DNA of 64,000 nucleotides from an uncultured Sulfuricurvum sp. (GTDB taxonomy: Bacteria; Campylobacterota; Campylobacteria; Campylobacterales; Sulfurimonadaceae), in contig CAZBVJ010000011.1 in NCBI GenBank assembly GCA_964495485.1, forward strand, positions 11,328 through 75,327. Reading direction: 5' to 3'. A model generated the notes under the pieces. It saw only the letters and a program-made list of their open reading frames with translations. It did not search any database and was not told where the DNA came from. This document shows positions 18,950 through 29,139 of the stretch, in pieces. The first letter of the stretch is position 1. The number at the start of each line of letters is the position of its first letter. Position numbers and translations under genes: made by a program.

Positions 18950-19466
18950 GGTATCCCACCTTTGTTGCCATCTTCAATCGGCTGAGTTTATGACCGATCG
19001 TCTCAATCGCACCGAAGAGCTTGTAAGGTTTCTCGATTGCTTTGCTTTTGGCTTCCAAAATATCCAAGGCTTTCACGACCCCATCGATGATGAGCTGAGG
19101 AGTGGAAGCGCATCCGGGGACATAGACATCGACGGGGATATAACGATCAATCCCGTCCTCAACATTCACCATCCCCCGAAACACGCCCCCCGTTGTTGTA
19201 CACGATCCCACCGCTACGACTACTTTGGGTTCGGGGATTTGGGAGTAAAGTTCGACGAGCCGCTCACGGGAGCGGTAGGTCACGGGACCGGTGACGAGAA
19301 AAATATCCGATTGCTTCGGATTTCCCGTGTTGATTACCCCGAAACGCTCCAGATCGTATTTTGGGGCGAGGGAGGCGAGGATTTCGATGTCGCATCCGTT
19401 GCAGCTCCCCGCATTGTAATGAAGCACCCACGGCGATTTTTTCCTAAAAGAGCTAAAAAACTTCAT
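18936..19466 (-). CDS. echC: Group 4 hydrogenase small subunit (EchC/NuoB-like)
   Basis: GSCNGCDIE, LVTGPVT, VGSC, DVYVPGC. Confidence 0.9.
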   Translation of the reverse strand: MKFFSSFRKKSPWVLHYNAGSCNGCDIEILASLAPKYDLERFGVINTGNPKQSDIFLVTGPVTYRSRERLVELYSQIPEPKVVVAVGSCTTTGGVFRGMVNVEDGIDRYIPVDVYVPGCASTPQLIIDGVVKALDILEAKSKAIEKPYKLFGAIETIGHKLSRLKMATKVGYHEKD

Positions 19467-20281
19467 AACACCACCCCTGCGAGGTTGAGTACCGCCAGAG
19501 CCATCGCCACCGTATAGATAATTTTTACCACCTGAGCAGGTCTGACCCGTGCGGTCGCGTTATCGATGAGATTGACGAGCAAAAAGACCCCCGCGACCAA
19601 CAGCGCCCCCATCCAATGCGACTCTCCGCCGAAGAGGTAGACAAAGCTGTAGATAAAGATATATTCGAGAAAGCGTGACATATACAAAAACTCGTAAAAC
19701 ACCCCGCTGTATTCGATCTCGACCCCTCCGACGATCTCCTGATGCGCTTCACCGACATCAAACGGCGATTTTTTCACCTTGATCGGGACGATCATCAACA
19801 GTGCGATAAACAATAGTAGCAATGTCGGCAAATAGCCGCCGCTTCGGAGTATCTGCGAAATATCGAAACTCCCGCTCACGAGGTACAACCCCACCGCCAC
19901 CAAAACGAGGATCGGCTCATACGCCACTACCATGAGCAATTCCCGATTCGATCCCAGATGCGAATAGACCGAGCGGACACTGTATCCCGCTACGATGAGG
20001 AGGAGTTGGGCAAAGAGGTGCAAGAAAATGATATAGAGGAGATTCCATCCCAAAAAGATCGCCGCAACGGCAAACCACAATACGGCGAAATGGGCGATGG
20101 CAAGGAGAGCATGGGGAGCATGAACGATCAACGTCCGTTTATCCAGAAGCTTGAACATATCGTAAAACGGCTGCAACAAGGGCGGACCCAGACGCCGCTG
20201 CATCCGCGCACGCATCACCCGCTCAAACCCATACACCAAACCGCCCAACACGGGAGCAAGCACAATCCAAACCCAGATCAT
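19463..20281 (-). CDS. echB: EchB/NuoH-like membrane subunit
   Basis: ERVMRARMQRRLGPPLLQPFYDMFKL, PFD..EAHQEIVGGVEIEYSG. Start at 20281 with an ATGA overlap. Confidence 0.88.
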   Translation of the reverse strand: MIWVWIVLAPVLGGLVYGFERVMRARMQRRLGPPLLQPFYDMFKLLDKRTLIVHAPHALLAIAHFAVLWFAVAAIFLGWNLLYIIFLHLFAQLLLIVAGYSVRSVYSHLGSNRELLMVVAYEPILVLVAVGLYLVSGSFDISQILRSGGYLPTLLLLFIALLMIVPIKVKKSPFDVGEAHQEIVGGVEIEYSGVFYEFLYMSRFLEYIFIYSFVYLFGGESHWMGALLVAGVFLLVNLIDNATARVRPAQVVKIIYTVAMALAVLNLAGVVL

Positions 20282-22041
20282 GAGAGCACCCCGATAATTG
20301 CTACGGCGACAAAGAGGATACCGAAAACCCAATACACAATACTCAACATTCTCTCTGATGGCTCATAATAGACCAATGCCGCATCAAAAGGCTCTTTTTC
20401 TCCGCAATGGTAGGGCTGTGACCGGTCATACCGATCGAGGCGCCGAATGAGTGCGGGAAGTGCAAAGACAAAGAGCATCGGCAATGCCATCAAAACAACA
20501 AAAATATTGTGCTGCATCATCACATACCCCAGTGCCCCGATGACGATCAAAAAACTAAGCAGCATTAAGGGAGCACTAAAACCGCTTGGAATAGCAACCG
20601 CTTCGGAGGGTTCAACATCGCTCGGTGCGGATAGCAGTGCCGACGCGACTTTAAAATAGAGCAATACCATCAATGCGCTTCCGACGATCAGGGATAAAAG
20701 GACGATAAGCGTGAGAGGGTGTTCTTTGAGCAATGCGGCAACGGAGCTAATCGCAAAGAGTTTCCCCATAAACAATCCAAACGGCGGAAGAGTCAGCGAG
20801 ACAAACCCAAAGAGGATAAACCCGATGGTTTTCGGTGATTTTCTCACCATCCCTTTCATCTCTTCGATGTTTTTGGCATGGTGCAATCGTTCAAGTACCC
20901 CCGCCGAGAGAAACAGCAACGCTTTGGAGAGAGCATGAAAGAGCATCAATGCCATAGCGAGATTCATGCTCTCTTCGGTACCGATTGCCGCCAACGCCAT
21001 CATGAGTCCCAACAATGCCACCGTCGAGTACCCCAGTATCTCTTTGAGCACCGAGCGCGATAGTGCCAGATACGACGCCGCAACAAATACGAGCGACCCG
21101 ATAATCGATATGAGACTCCCCACCGCACTCATCGCCAACACAGGGGAGAGTTTGAGGATCAGGTACGGAGCGATTTTGACCATCGTCGCCGAGTGGAGCA
21201 TCGCACTCACGGGAGTCGGTGCGACCATTGCCCCGAGCAACCACCCCTCGAACGGAATCGATGCCCCTTTGACCAGTGCCGCCATCGAGAGGAGCGCCAC
21301 CGCCAAGAGGATCATCCCACCCGAACTTTCCATCAACGTATCGAACATCACGCTCTTAAAGCCGATGATCGCGACCAACGCCCCGAGTAATATCACCACT
21401 CCGCCAATCTGATTCATCCACAATGCTTTGAGGGCATTGGAGCGGCTCACCTCATCGTCTCTAAAAGCGATCAACAGATACGATGCGAGGGTCGTCATCT
21501 CAAAAAGGAAGAAGAAAAGGAGGATCGAGTTAGCGATCACGATCAGATTCATCACCGAGAGAAAAACGAACATCCCCCCGATAAAAAGCTGCTTTTTGAG
21601 CGGTGTGGTCGGTTCATCTTCCATGTATTTGATCGAATAGAGGACGATAATCCCCCCAACCATGTTGATAATCAAAAACATAAATCTCGAGAGATTATCA
21701 ACCACGATATCCGCCGATCCCGATGCAGGAGCAATCATCTCGATATATCCGTATAACGCCAATTGCACCGCCGCCAATGCCATTACTTTGGGGTGGTTAA
21801 AAACTCTACCTTGATAGAGGAAATAGAGAAGCAGTCCGATATCGGCCATCATCAGGAGGGGATGGATCATCGGAGGAAAAGTGTATGTCGTTACACCCCC
21901 TATCGATTGATACAAATAAAGGGAAAAGAAACTCAAACCTGCTAGGAGTGTACCGCTAATGGCATAATGAGCCTGACGAGAAGGGATGATCAGTATCAAC
22001 AACGCGGCGAGTATAGGAAACACAAAAAGAATCACTACCAT
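20278..22041 (-). CDS. echA: EchA/NuoL-like antiporter-type proton-translocating subunit
   Basis: Many TM helices; FEMTTLASYLLI, WLLGAMVAPTPVSAMLHSATMVK, HALSKALLFL. Confidence 0.9.
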   Translation of the reverse strand: MVVILFVFPILAALLILIIPSRQAHYAISGTLLAGLSFFSLYLYQSIGGVTTYTFPPMIHPLLMMADIGLLLYFLYQGRVFNHPKVMALAAVQLALYGYIEMIAPASGSADIVVDNLSRFMFLIINMVGGIIVLYSIKYMEDEPTTPLKKQLFIGGMFVFLSVMNLIVIANSILLFFFLFEMTTLASYLLIAFRDDEVSRSNALKALWMNQIGGVVILLGALVAIIGFKSVMFDTLMESSGGMILLAVALLSMAALVKGASIPFEGWLLGAMVAPTPVSAMLHSATMVKIAPYLILKLSPVLAMSAVGSLISIIGSLVFVAASYLALSRSVLKEILGYSTVALLGLMMALAAIGTEESMNLAMALMLFHALSKALLFLSAGVLERLHHAKNIEEMKGMVRKSPKTIGFILFGFVSLTLPPFGLFMGKLFAISSVAALLKEHPLTLIVLLSLIVGSALMVLLYFKVASALLSAPSDVEPSEAVAIPSGFSAPLMLLSFLIVIGALGYVMMQHNIFVVLMALPMLFVFALPALIRRLDRYDRSQPYHCGEKEPFDAALVYYEPSERMLSIVYWVFGILFVAVAIIGVLS

Positions 22042-22128
22042 CTTTTCCCTCCATCGTCTGGAATGAAAAGATTATAGCACGAAGAGAATACAAAAAATTA
22101 CTAAATGTTCTGAAAAAAAACGTTCTAC

Positions 22129-22593
22129 TTAGCGAATCCATTGCGGGGAGATTCCCCAATCAATTTTGGGTATTGCGGCAAAAATTGATTTGAGGATCGT
22201 CCGTAACAGCGGAGCGGTGAGAGTAGAGACAACCTGATGTTGCTCTGTTTTAAAAACAAGCGAAAATTGCTGTGCCTCTTTGTGATAGGTAATATCAACC
22301 GTGTGAACTAAAAAACCCTCTTTTTCGGTCATAGAGAGTGTGGGGGCATCAGTTTTGCTTTGAGCTTTTTGCTCCGTTTTTTGCTGCACTTCTGAATTTG
22401 CGGGAGTAGTATCATATTGATCGAGACAATCTTCGATCGTCGGGATCAATTTGAGTAAAAACGCACGGGTTAGCCACAAATCGATACGGTTGTTATAATC
22501 GGCGTAATTAATGACGAGGCGAATACGATCTTCGCTTTGAGAGTACATCGGAGTAAACGTCAAAGCTTTAACGACAGAGGGAATTGAACTCAT
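22129..22593 (-). CDS. Hypothetical protein
   Basis: 154-aa ORF containing YSQSEDRIRL..LWLTR; no family assigned. Confidence 0.7.
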   Translation of the reverse strand: MSSIPSVVKALTFTPMYSQSEDRIRLVINYADYNNRIDLWLTRAFLLKLIPTIEDCLDQYDTTPANSEVQQKTEQKAQSKTDAPTLSMTEKEGFLVHTVDITYHKEAQQFSLVFKTEQHQVVSTLTAPLLRTILKSIFAAIPKIDWGISPQWIR

Positions 22594-22671
22594 ATAGTAT
22601 CTTTGCTTCCTAATATTAAATCATACGTGTTATTGTACTCTAGAATCTTAGTTCCTTTCTCTTATCGATGG

Positions 22672-24219
22672 CTAATTGTAAAACTCCAATCTATTAAAAT
22701 TAACAATAGTATCCGGTTCGATTGCCATCACATGGGGGGAATACGACAAATTTTTATGATTGTTAATGCCGCCGATGTATTGAACGATAGAACTAAAATT
22801 CTCCAGATTAAAATACCCTTTTTTATTATCACGATAGATTTCGTCCAAACGCGGGTTGGGTACATTGCTGTAGATGACAAACGGCACGCTGTACTCGTCT
22901 TTAAACGAAGGGAGAAACCCGTGTCCGTTGTTCTCTAGATTAATGTTTTCTCCATGATCGGAGAGATAGACCAAAAGCAATCTCTCATTTTTAAACCGCT
23001 CATAAATCTGACCCAAAACATAATCGGTATAATGGATCGTATTATCATACTCCTCGACCCTATTTTTAGGATGCTTGAACAACGCTTTTGCTTTGTCATA
23101 GCGGTTCACATAGTCCGAATGTGATCCCATCAAATGGATCATAAACAGCTCTTTTTGTGAATTTTTTTCCATTTTACCCAGATAATCGATCAGAACCTCG
23201 TCCAATGCGGCATCAAGATAGTTCAGATTGGCGAAAAATGTCGTATCGGCTTCATACGCCATAGAAGCAATCGTCGAATCGTTTTTCCCCGCGCGACCCT
23301 GATTGGAAATCCAGTACGTCTCATAACCATTGTGTTTAAAATAGGTAATCAACGATGCCGAACGCATGTAGCGATGTTCATAGTCACCGACTTTGGCCTC
23401 CGTCAAATCGATAGGAATAGAGTAGCGGGTCTGATTAGTAGGGGCGATAGCATCGAAAACATACAGACCGGAGCTGTGCCGTAGCGAGGTTAAAAATGGG
23501 GTTGTCGGAACGTTGTATCCATACAGCCCCATATGATATTTATTGACACTCTCACCCATCACGATAATAATCTTGTCGTACCGCTGATTTTTTGTTCCCG
23601 CTTTCTCTATTTTGAGATAACGTATGAATTTCGCCCGCTCCCGCAAAACGTGCTCTATCTGATTTTTATCTTCCATAACGCTGCACACTTCACATGGGAC
23701 ACTAAAAGGCTCGACCTCTTTGAGAGGATTGACATAAAAGCTCACGGCCAAAAGGATCGATACGCTAACCCCCAATCCGATCATACGAAATATTCTATAG
23801 GAATGGGTGTAATGCCGGAGAAATCTGTATAAAAGAAAAAGGACAAAACCGCAAAACGCGATCAGCAGAAAATCTCGATAATCGACGTAACTCGCCATAT
23901 ACTCTTGCGTCTCATACACGGGCGATAAAAAAGCCACTTCAATGCGAGGTTGAATATCCGGTAACGTATATCCCCAGTGCATGGCAATATGTCCGATCAG
24001 TACGTTACTGAGATTGATAAATATAACAAAAATCGAAAACAAAATTTTGCTGAACTTAGAGATCGTGATCAGTAAAACAAGCGTTAATAGCAAATAAACA
24101 GAGTGGGTAACATTAGGAGAAAAAAACAACTGAGGAATCATGCTCAGCACTGAGATCAAAGCACCGAAGTACAAATACGATTTATTGGTGTGAAACTCGG
24201 CTTCTATTTTTCTTTTCAC
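22672..24219 (-). CDS. Phosphoethanolamine transferase / sulfatase-like membrane protein (EptA superfamily)
   Basis: N-terminal TMs; IVMGES, YGY..PTTPFL, catalytic Thr region (PTNQT..SIP), HLMGSH, YDNTIHYTD, YLSDHGE. Confidence 0.85.
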   Translation of the reverse strand: MKRKIEAEFHTNKSYLYFGALISVLSMIPQLFFSPNVTHSVYLLLTLVLLITISKFSKILFSIFVIFINLSNVLIGHIAMHWGYTLPDIQPRIEVAFLSPVYETQEYMASYVDYRDFLLIAFCGFVLFLLYRFLRHYTHSYRIFRMIGLGVSVSILLAVSFYVNPLKEVEPFSVPCEVCSVMEDKNQIEHVLRERAKFIRYLKIEKAGTKNQRYDKIIIVMGESVNKYHMGLYGYNVPTTPFLTSLRHSSGLYVFDAIAPTNQTRYSIPIDLTEAKVGDYEHRYMRSASLITYFKHNGYETYWISNQGRAGKNDSTIASMAYEADTTFFANLNYLDAALDEVLIDYLGKMEKNSQKELFMIHLMGSHSDYVNRYDKAKALFKHPKNRVEEYDNTIHYTDYVLGQIYERFKNERLLLVYLSDHGENINLENNGHGFLPSFKDEYSVPFVIYSNVPNPRLDEIYRDNKKGYFNLENFSSIVQYIGGINNHKNLSYSPHVMAIEPDTIVNFNRLEFYN

Positions 24220-24297
24220 TGCGTACTTTCATGCTGTTTGTAAATTTGATTAGATTGAGTATAAAGGTTAATTTGGAAGACTAATTATATTTTAAGA

Positions 24298-24374
24298 TGG
24301 TGGCGGGGGGGGGACTCGAACCCCCGACCTCCGGCTTATGAGACCAGCGCTCTAACCAGCTGAGCTACCCAGCC
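24298..24374 (-). tRNA. tRNA with CAT anticodon, probably elongator tRNA-Met
   Basis: Minus strand GGCTGGGTAGCTCAGCTGGTTAGAGCGCTGGTCTCATAAGCCGGAGGTCGGGGGTTCGAGTCCCCCCCCCGCCACCA; cloverleaf with G1-C72 pair and encoded CCA. Confidence 0.9.
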
Positions 24375-24491
24375 ATCTTTTGGGAAGACCGGAATTATAA
24401 TGATGAAAAGCTTATCAAAAGCTTTAAAGGAGATATTTTTAGATAATGTTTATAGAAACTAAACTTTATAGCTTTTATTTAACTCACCATT

Positions 24492-24544
24492 ATTGAGTCA
24501 AATAGACTAAGACTATTGACATATTAGATAAACTCGTGTACAAT
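24492..24544 (+). promoter_or_regulatory. groESL sigma70 promoter with upstream HAIR-like (HspR) operator
   Basis: TTGACA (24516-21)-17 bp-TACAAT (24539-44); ATTGAGT-N7-ACTAAGA (24492-24512) resembles HAIR CTTGAGT-N7-ACTCAAG. Confidence 0.7.
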
Positions 24545-24580
24545 CCCCATCGTAAAAATCTCATTTAAAAGGAAACGCTT

Positions 24581-24841
24581 ATGAACTTCCAACCACTTGG
24601 AAACCGTGTATTGGTTGAACGTCTCGAAGAGGCTACCAAAACCGCTTCGGGAATCATCATCCCCGACAACGCAAAAGAGAAACCTTCTCAAGGAACTGTC
24701 GTTGCCGTAAGTTCTAAAGTCGAAAACGTTTCTACAGGTGATACCGTCGTTTTCGGAAAATATGCCGGCAGTGAACTCACTCTCGAAGGTAAGACGTATC
24801 TCGTCATTGACGCAGATGATCTACTCGGAATTATCAAATAA
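24581..24841 (+). CDS. groES: Co-chaperonin GroES
   Basis: [25 protein letters not shown]. Confidence 0.98.
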   Translation: MNFQPLGNRVLVERLEEATKTASGIIIPDNAKEKPSQGTVVAVSSKVENVSTGDTVVFGKYAGSELTLEGKTYLVIDADDLLGIIK

Positions 24842-24861
24842 ATATTATTAAGGAGTAAATA

Positions 24862-26496
24862 ATGGCAAAAGAGATCCATTTTTCAGACGAAGCACGTAAC
24901 CGCCTCGCCGCTGGGGTGCAAAAACTCACCGATGCGGTAAAAGTCACCATGGGACCGCGTGGACGTAATGTCCTTATCCAACGCAGCTACGGCTCTCCGC
25001 TGATCACCAAAGACGGTGTTTCAGTTGCCAAAGAGATCGAACTTAAAGACGCTTTGGAAAACATGGGGGCACAGCTTGTTAAACAAGTGGCTTCAAACAC
25101 AGCGGATGAAGCGGGTGACGGTACTACTACCGCAACCGTTTTGGCAAATGCTATTTATCAAGAAGGTCTTCGCAACATCACAGCGGGTGCCAACCCTGTC
25201 GAAGTAAAACGGGGTATGGACAAAGCGCTAGAAGCGATTTTGGAAAACCTCAAAGCAACCTCACGTGTTATCAACGACAAAAAAGAGATTGCGCAAGTCG
25301 CTACGATCTCAGCAAACTCTGATGAGCGTATCGGTGCGATGATTGCTGAAGCGATGGAAAAAGTGGGACGTGACGGTGTTATCACTGTTGAAGAAGCCAA
25401 AGGGATCAATGACGAACTCGACGTGGTCGAGGGGATGCAATTCGATCGCGGTTACCTCAGCCCCTATTTCATCAACAATTCTGAGAAAATGACAGTTGAA
25501 CTCGATCATCCGTTCATCTTGTTGTTCGACCAAAAAATCTCGAACCTCAAAGATTTGCTTCCTGTATTGGAACAAGTCCAAAAAAGTTCACGCCCGCTTC
25601 TCATCATCGCTGAAGATGTCGAGGGTGAAGCGTTGGCAACATTGGTCGTCAACAAACTACGCGGTATCCTCAACATCACTGCGGTCAAAGCTCCGGGATT
25701 CGGTGATCGCCGTAAAGCGATGCTCCAAGATATCGCGATTCTCACGGGCGGTCAAGTGATCAGCGAGGAGATCGGACGTACTCTAGAGAGCGCAACAATC
25801 GCGGATTTGGGTAACGCATCACGTGTCGTTATCAGCAAAGACAACACCACGATCGTTGACGGTGCGGGTGACAAAGCGATGGTTGAGATGCGTATCAAAG
25901 AGATCCGCACCCAAATCGACGCGACCAGCAGCGAATACGACAAAGAGAAACTCCAAGAGCGTTTGGCGAAACTTGCCGGCGGTGTAGCGGTTATCAAAGT
26001 CGGCGCAGCGACCGAAACCGAAATGAAAGAGAAAAAAGACCGCGTAGACGATGCTCTCTCAGCGACCAAAGCAGCGGTTGAAGAGGGGATCGTTATCGGA
26101 GGCGGTGCGGCATTGATCCGTGCGGCGGCTGGTATCAATCTGAACGATCTTCCACACGATCAAAAAATCGGATGCGAAATCATCCTCCGTGCGATCAAAG
26201 CACCGGTCAAACAAATCGCAATCAATGCGGGATACGACGCAGGCGTTGTCGTTAACACGATCGCAACCGCTGAAAATCCAAATACCGGATTCAATGCAGC
26301 GACCGGTGAATACGTCGATATGTTCGAAGCGGGGATCATCGATCCGCTCAAAGTTGAGCGTGTTGCATTGACCAACGCTGTATCGGTTTCAAGTATGTTG
26401 CTCACAACCGAAGCAACCATCCACGAAATCAAAGAGGACAAACCTGCTGCAATGCCTGACATGGGCGGCATGGGCGGAATGCCTGGGATGATGTGA
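24862..26496 (+). CDS. groEL: Chaperonin GroEL
   Basis: [27 protein letters not shown]-terminal GGM repeats. Confidence 0.99.
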   Translation: MAKEIHFSDEARNRLAAGVQKLTDAVKVTMGPRGRNVLIQRSYGSPLITKDGVSVAKEIELKDALENMGAQLVKQVASNTADEAGDGTTTATVLANAIYQEGLRNITAGANPVEVKRGMDKALEAILENLKATSRVINDKKEIAQVATISANSDERIGAMIAEAMEKVGRDGVITVEEAKGINDELDVVEGMQFDRGYLSPYFINNSEKMTVELDHPFILLFDQKISNLKDLLPVLEQVQKSSRPLLIIAEDVEGEALATLVVNKLRGILNITAVKAPGFGDRRKAMLQDIAILTGGQVISEEIGRTLESATIADLGNASRVVISKDNTTIVDGAGDKAMVEMRIKEIRTQIDATSSEYDKEKLQERLAKLAGGVAVIKVGAATETEMKEKKDRVDDALSATKAAVEEGIVIGGGAALIRAAAGINLNDLPHDQKIGCEIILRAIKAPVKQIAINAGYDAGVVVNTIATAENPNTGFNAATGEYVDMFEAGIIDPLKVERVALTNAVSVSSMLLTTEATIHEIKEDKPAAMPDMGGMGGMPGMM

Positions 26497-26549
26497 AGAC
26501 CGTAAAAACGTCCTAACGGGCGTTTTTAGGTCTTATCCCCCCTTTTTTT
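26496..26549 (+). terminator. Probable intrinsic terminator after groEL
   Basis: Hairpin AAGACC-G-TAAAAACGTCC/TAAC/GGGCGTTTTTA-GGTCTT followed by a T-run. Confidence 0.65.
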
Positions 26550-26597
26550 AACCCCTCCTTCGATACACTTTCTACAAACCATCAACGGAAAACAATT

Positions 26598-26876
26598 ATG
26601 GAACTCTCCCTAACCGACCTCATCGGCATTTTCGGTGTGGCACTCATTGTCATCGCCTATATTCTGCTTCAAGTCGAAAAAATGGACGCGAAAGATCTCA
26701 GTTTTTCTCTTTTCAATTCGATTGGGGCATTGATGATACTTATATCACTTTTATATGATTGGAATCTGGCATCATTTCTGATGGAGTTTATCTGGCTGAT
26801 GATCAGCCTATATGGAGTATTGAAATATTATAAATCACGGAGGAGTGCCATCCAAAATGACGGCAAAGAGGATTAG
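26598..26876 (+). CDS. Small membrane protein (CBU_0592-like)
   Basis: Three hydrophobic helices; IG..G..LI..AY.LLQ, N.IGA, FIWL.IS.YG pattern. Confidence 0.7.
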   Translation: MELSLTDLIGIFGVALIVIAYILLQVEKMDAKDLSFSLFNSIGALMILISLLYDWNLASFLMEFIWLMISLYGVLKYYKSRRSAIQNDGKED

Positions 26877-27853
26877 AGGTTTTCGTTCGCTTGTTTGTTT
26901 TCCCAGAGTGAGTGCAAAAAGGCGATCAATATGAGTCCGATACCGATCGTCCCTGTCACTATTTCACTGATATGCATATTGATTTTCATCAACATGATAA
27001 TGGCTAAAATACCGATCGCATAGTGGGCACCGTGTTCGAGATAACGAAAATGTGACAGTGTTTTGTGTTCGACAAAAAAGATTGTCATACTCCGCACAAA
27101 CATCGCTCCCACACCCAAACCGATCATGATGATAAAGATGTTGCTAGTCAGAGCAAACGCCCCGATGACGCCGTCAAAGCTGAAACTCGCATCCAATACC
27201 TCTAGATAGATGAACCCTGCAATCCCGCTTTTAACGGTATCGGAAGAGAGAAAATGATCCAGCATCCCTAACAAGGAGTGGAGCAAAACACCGTACATAA
27301 ACGCTTGGACAACCCCGAAATCCTGAGTCAAATGGCCCAAACCGATCCCTACCATAATCGCCGTAATCAACTCGATATTATTAACGGTAGAGGCTTTTTC
27401 CATAAATTTGGAACCCTCGACGAACGTGACCCATTTGATATCTTTCTCTTCAAAGAAAAAGTCCAAAAAGACCATCAACAAAAACGCTCCCCCGAACGCG
27501 AAGATCGTCGATTCGGTAGATTTAAGCACCTTTTCGTATTCATCGGGTTGATTCATCGCTACTTGGAGCGTCTCAATCATCCCCATCCCCGTCACAATCG
27601 AGACAATCGCGAGAGGAAAGACCAAACGCATCCCGAATACCGCAATAGGAATACCGAAGATAATAAACCGTTTTTGCCAGATCGGATCCATTGTCTCCAA
27701 CACTTTGGCATTGACAACCGCATTATCGAACGAAAGGGAAATTTCGAGGATAATCAGTAAAAAAGTGATGTAAATAGCGGCGAGTCCGCCCAAGAAATAC
27801 GCCGCGATTAGACCCATAACCATAATCGCAAACGAACTGTAAAAGTAGCGCAT
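26873..27853 (-). CDS. DUF475 / TerC-related integral membrane protein
   Basis: LEISLSFDNAVVNA, AVFGMRLVFP, YLEVLDASFSFDGVIGAFA, YLEHGAHYAI. Confidence 0.9.
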   Translation of the reverse strand: MRYFYSSFAIMVMGLIAAYFLGGLAAIYITFLLIILEISLSFDNAVVNAKVLETMDPIWQKRFIIFGIPIAVFGMRLVFPLAIVSIVTGMGMIETLQVAMNQPDEYEKVLKSTESTIFAFGGAFLLMVFLDFFFEEKDIKWVTFVEGSKFMEKASTVNNIELITAIMVGIGLGHLTQDFGVVQAFMYGVLLHSLLGMLDHFLSSDTVKSGIAGFIYLEVLDASFSFDGVIGAFALTSNIFIIMIGLGVGAMFVRSMTIFFVEHKTLSHFRYLEHGAHYAIGILAIIMLMKINMHISEIVTGTIGIGLILIAFLHSLWENKQANENL

Positions 27854-27908
27854 ATTTCGCCCTCCTAAAAAGATGCGAAATTATAGCGGATTAATCCCTA
27901 CTCATTGC

Positions 27909-28607
27909 CTATTGCGTTAAGGCATCATGCCATTGAACAAGGCTGAGACGAAATCCCTCTTTTACAGGGAGAACTTCGTGGGAGAAATAGGGATTGGATA
28001 AAAACACCACCATATCCCCCGCTTCAGGACGAAGGGTGATGGTATTGCCATGCTGATCGCATAGATAATTAAATAGGAGTTCTCCCCCACTGAAATGGTC
28101 TCTATCGGTCGGATGAGGGGTATAGGAGGTAGTAAATAACACAGTGGTGAGTTTGCGCTCAGGGGCTACCGTTTTATAGCCGACAATATTCCCCTCATGA
28201 TCTCGAAGTTCGCTTGCATCATCGGAGTGTTTAACGTAAAACGATCCGCTCTCATACCCCAATACCTGCACATCGGTTGCTTTGGTGAGAGAGAGGGCAA
28301 AAAACTCCTCTATTTCACGACGAACCGCTTCAAAACGGCGAGCATAGATGGCACGGTGTTCTGCACTGAGCGTATGGATATCAGTTTTTCGGATGGCAGT
28401 ATCGAGTGATTTGCCCCGAAGCTCCGCCTGCACTGCTTCTTTATCGGCAAGAGCCGCTTCCGTGATTGCACGGCACTCGGTGGGGCTAAGCACCCCTTCG
28501 AGTACCATATAGGGGAAATCGTGATAGGTATTCGGCAACCGCTTAGTGGGAATATCGAGTCGCAAAAGCTCATCGCGGGCGAAAACATAGTTACTGATTT
28601 GATGCAT
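27909..28607 (-). CDS. 2OG-Fe(II) oxygenase (prolyl-hydroxylase-like)
   Basis: Y..G.FYVKHSD, GGEL, HEVLPV..G.R.SLV.W. Confidence 0.85.
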   Translation of the reverse strand: MHQISNYVFARDELLRLDIPTKRLPNTYHDFPYMVLEGVLSPTECRAITEAALADKEAVQAELRGKSLDTAIRKTDIHTLSAEHRAIYARRFEAVRREIEEFFALSLTKATDVQVLGYESGSFYVKHSDDASELRDHEGNIVGYKTVAPERKLTTVLFTTSYTPHPTDRDHFSGGELLFNYLCDQHGNTITLRPEAGDMVVFLSNPYFSHEVLPVKEGFRLSLVQWHDALTQ

Positions 28608-28996
28608 TATTTTTTATCAGTCACAATATAGAGTTGTTCATGTCCGAGGCGTTTGAGGACATCCATGACACCGACGAAGTTTTTAAACTCCGCTTTTTCA
28701 TCACTGTAAAGAGCTACCGTCATCTCTTTGCCCCCTGCGATTACTCGCTGTTCAAATTCGGCCAACGTGATCGGTGTGTTCTCTTCTCCCACCATCAGCG
28801 TTCCGTCTTTTTGAATGGTAAGTTTCAGTTCACGGGGCTCATGTTCGGATGCCGCACTTTTTGACTCCGGCAGATCCACGGGGATCAGACCTGTTTTGAC
28901 GAACGTAGCGGTGGTGAGTACCATGACCAAAAGCACCAGCATAATATCGATAAAAGGGATGACGTTAATCGTATCGATTCGTTTCATTTTTTTCAT
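28607..28996 (-). CDS. exbD: Biopolymer transporter ExbD
   Basis: INVIPFIDIMLVLL, VDLPES, VMDVLK. Confidence 0.93.
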   Translation of the reverse strand: MKKMKRIDTINVIPFIDIMLVLLVMVLTTATFVKTGLIPVDLPESKSAASEHEPRELKLTIQKDGTLMVGEENTPITLAEFEQRVIAGGKEMTVALYSDEKAEFKNFVGVMDVLKRLGHEQLYIVTDKK

Positions 28997-29111
28997 TTTA
29001 TATCCTCGTTCTAGAAAAAATCAAACTTCCGTGATCCAACACCTAAAGCCGTTCCGGAGGCAGAAGTGCCGAGAGGAACGCAGCGTTCTTGGATCGCGCT
29101 ATGATCTTTTG

Positions 29112-29139
29112 GTACTTTTCTGGCTAAACAGAAAAGTAC
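29112..29139. other. Perfect 11-bp hairpin in the exbB-exbD spacer
   Basis: GTACTTTTCTG-GCTAAA-CAGAAAAGTAC. Confidence 0.6.
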
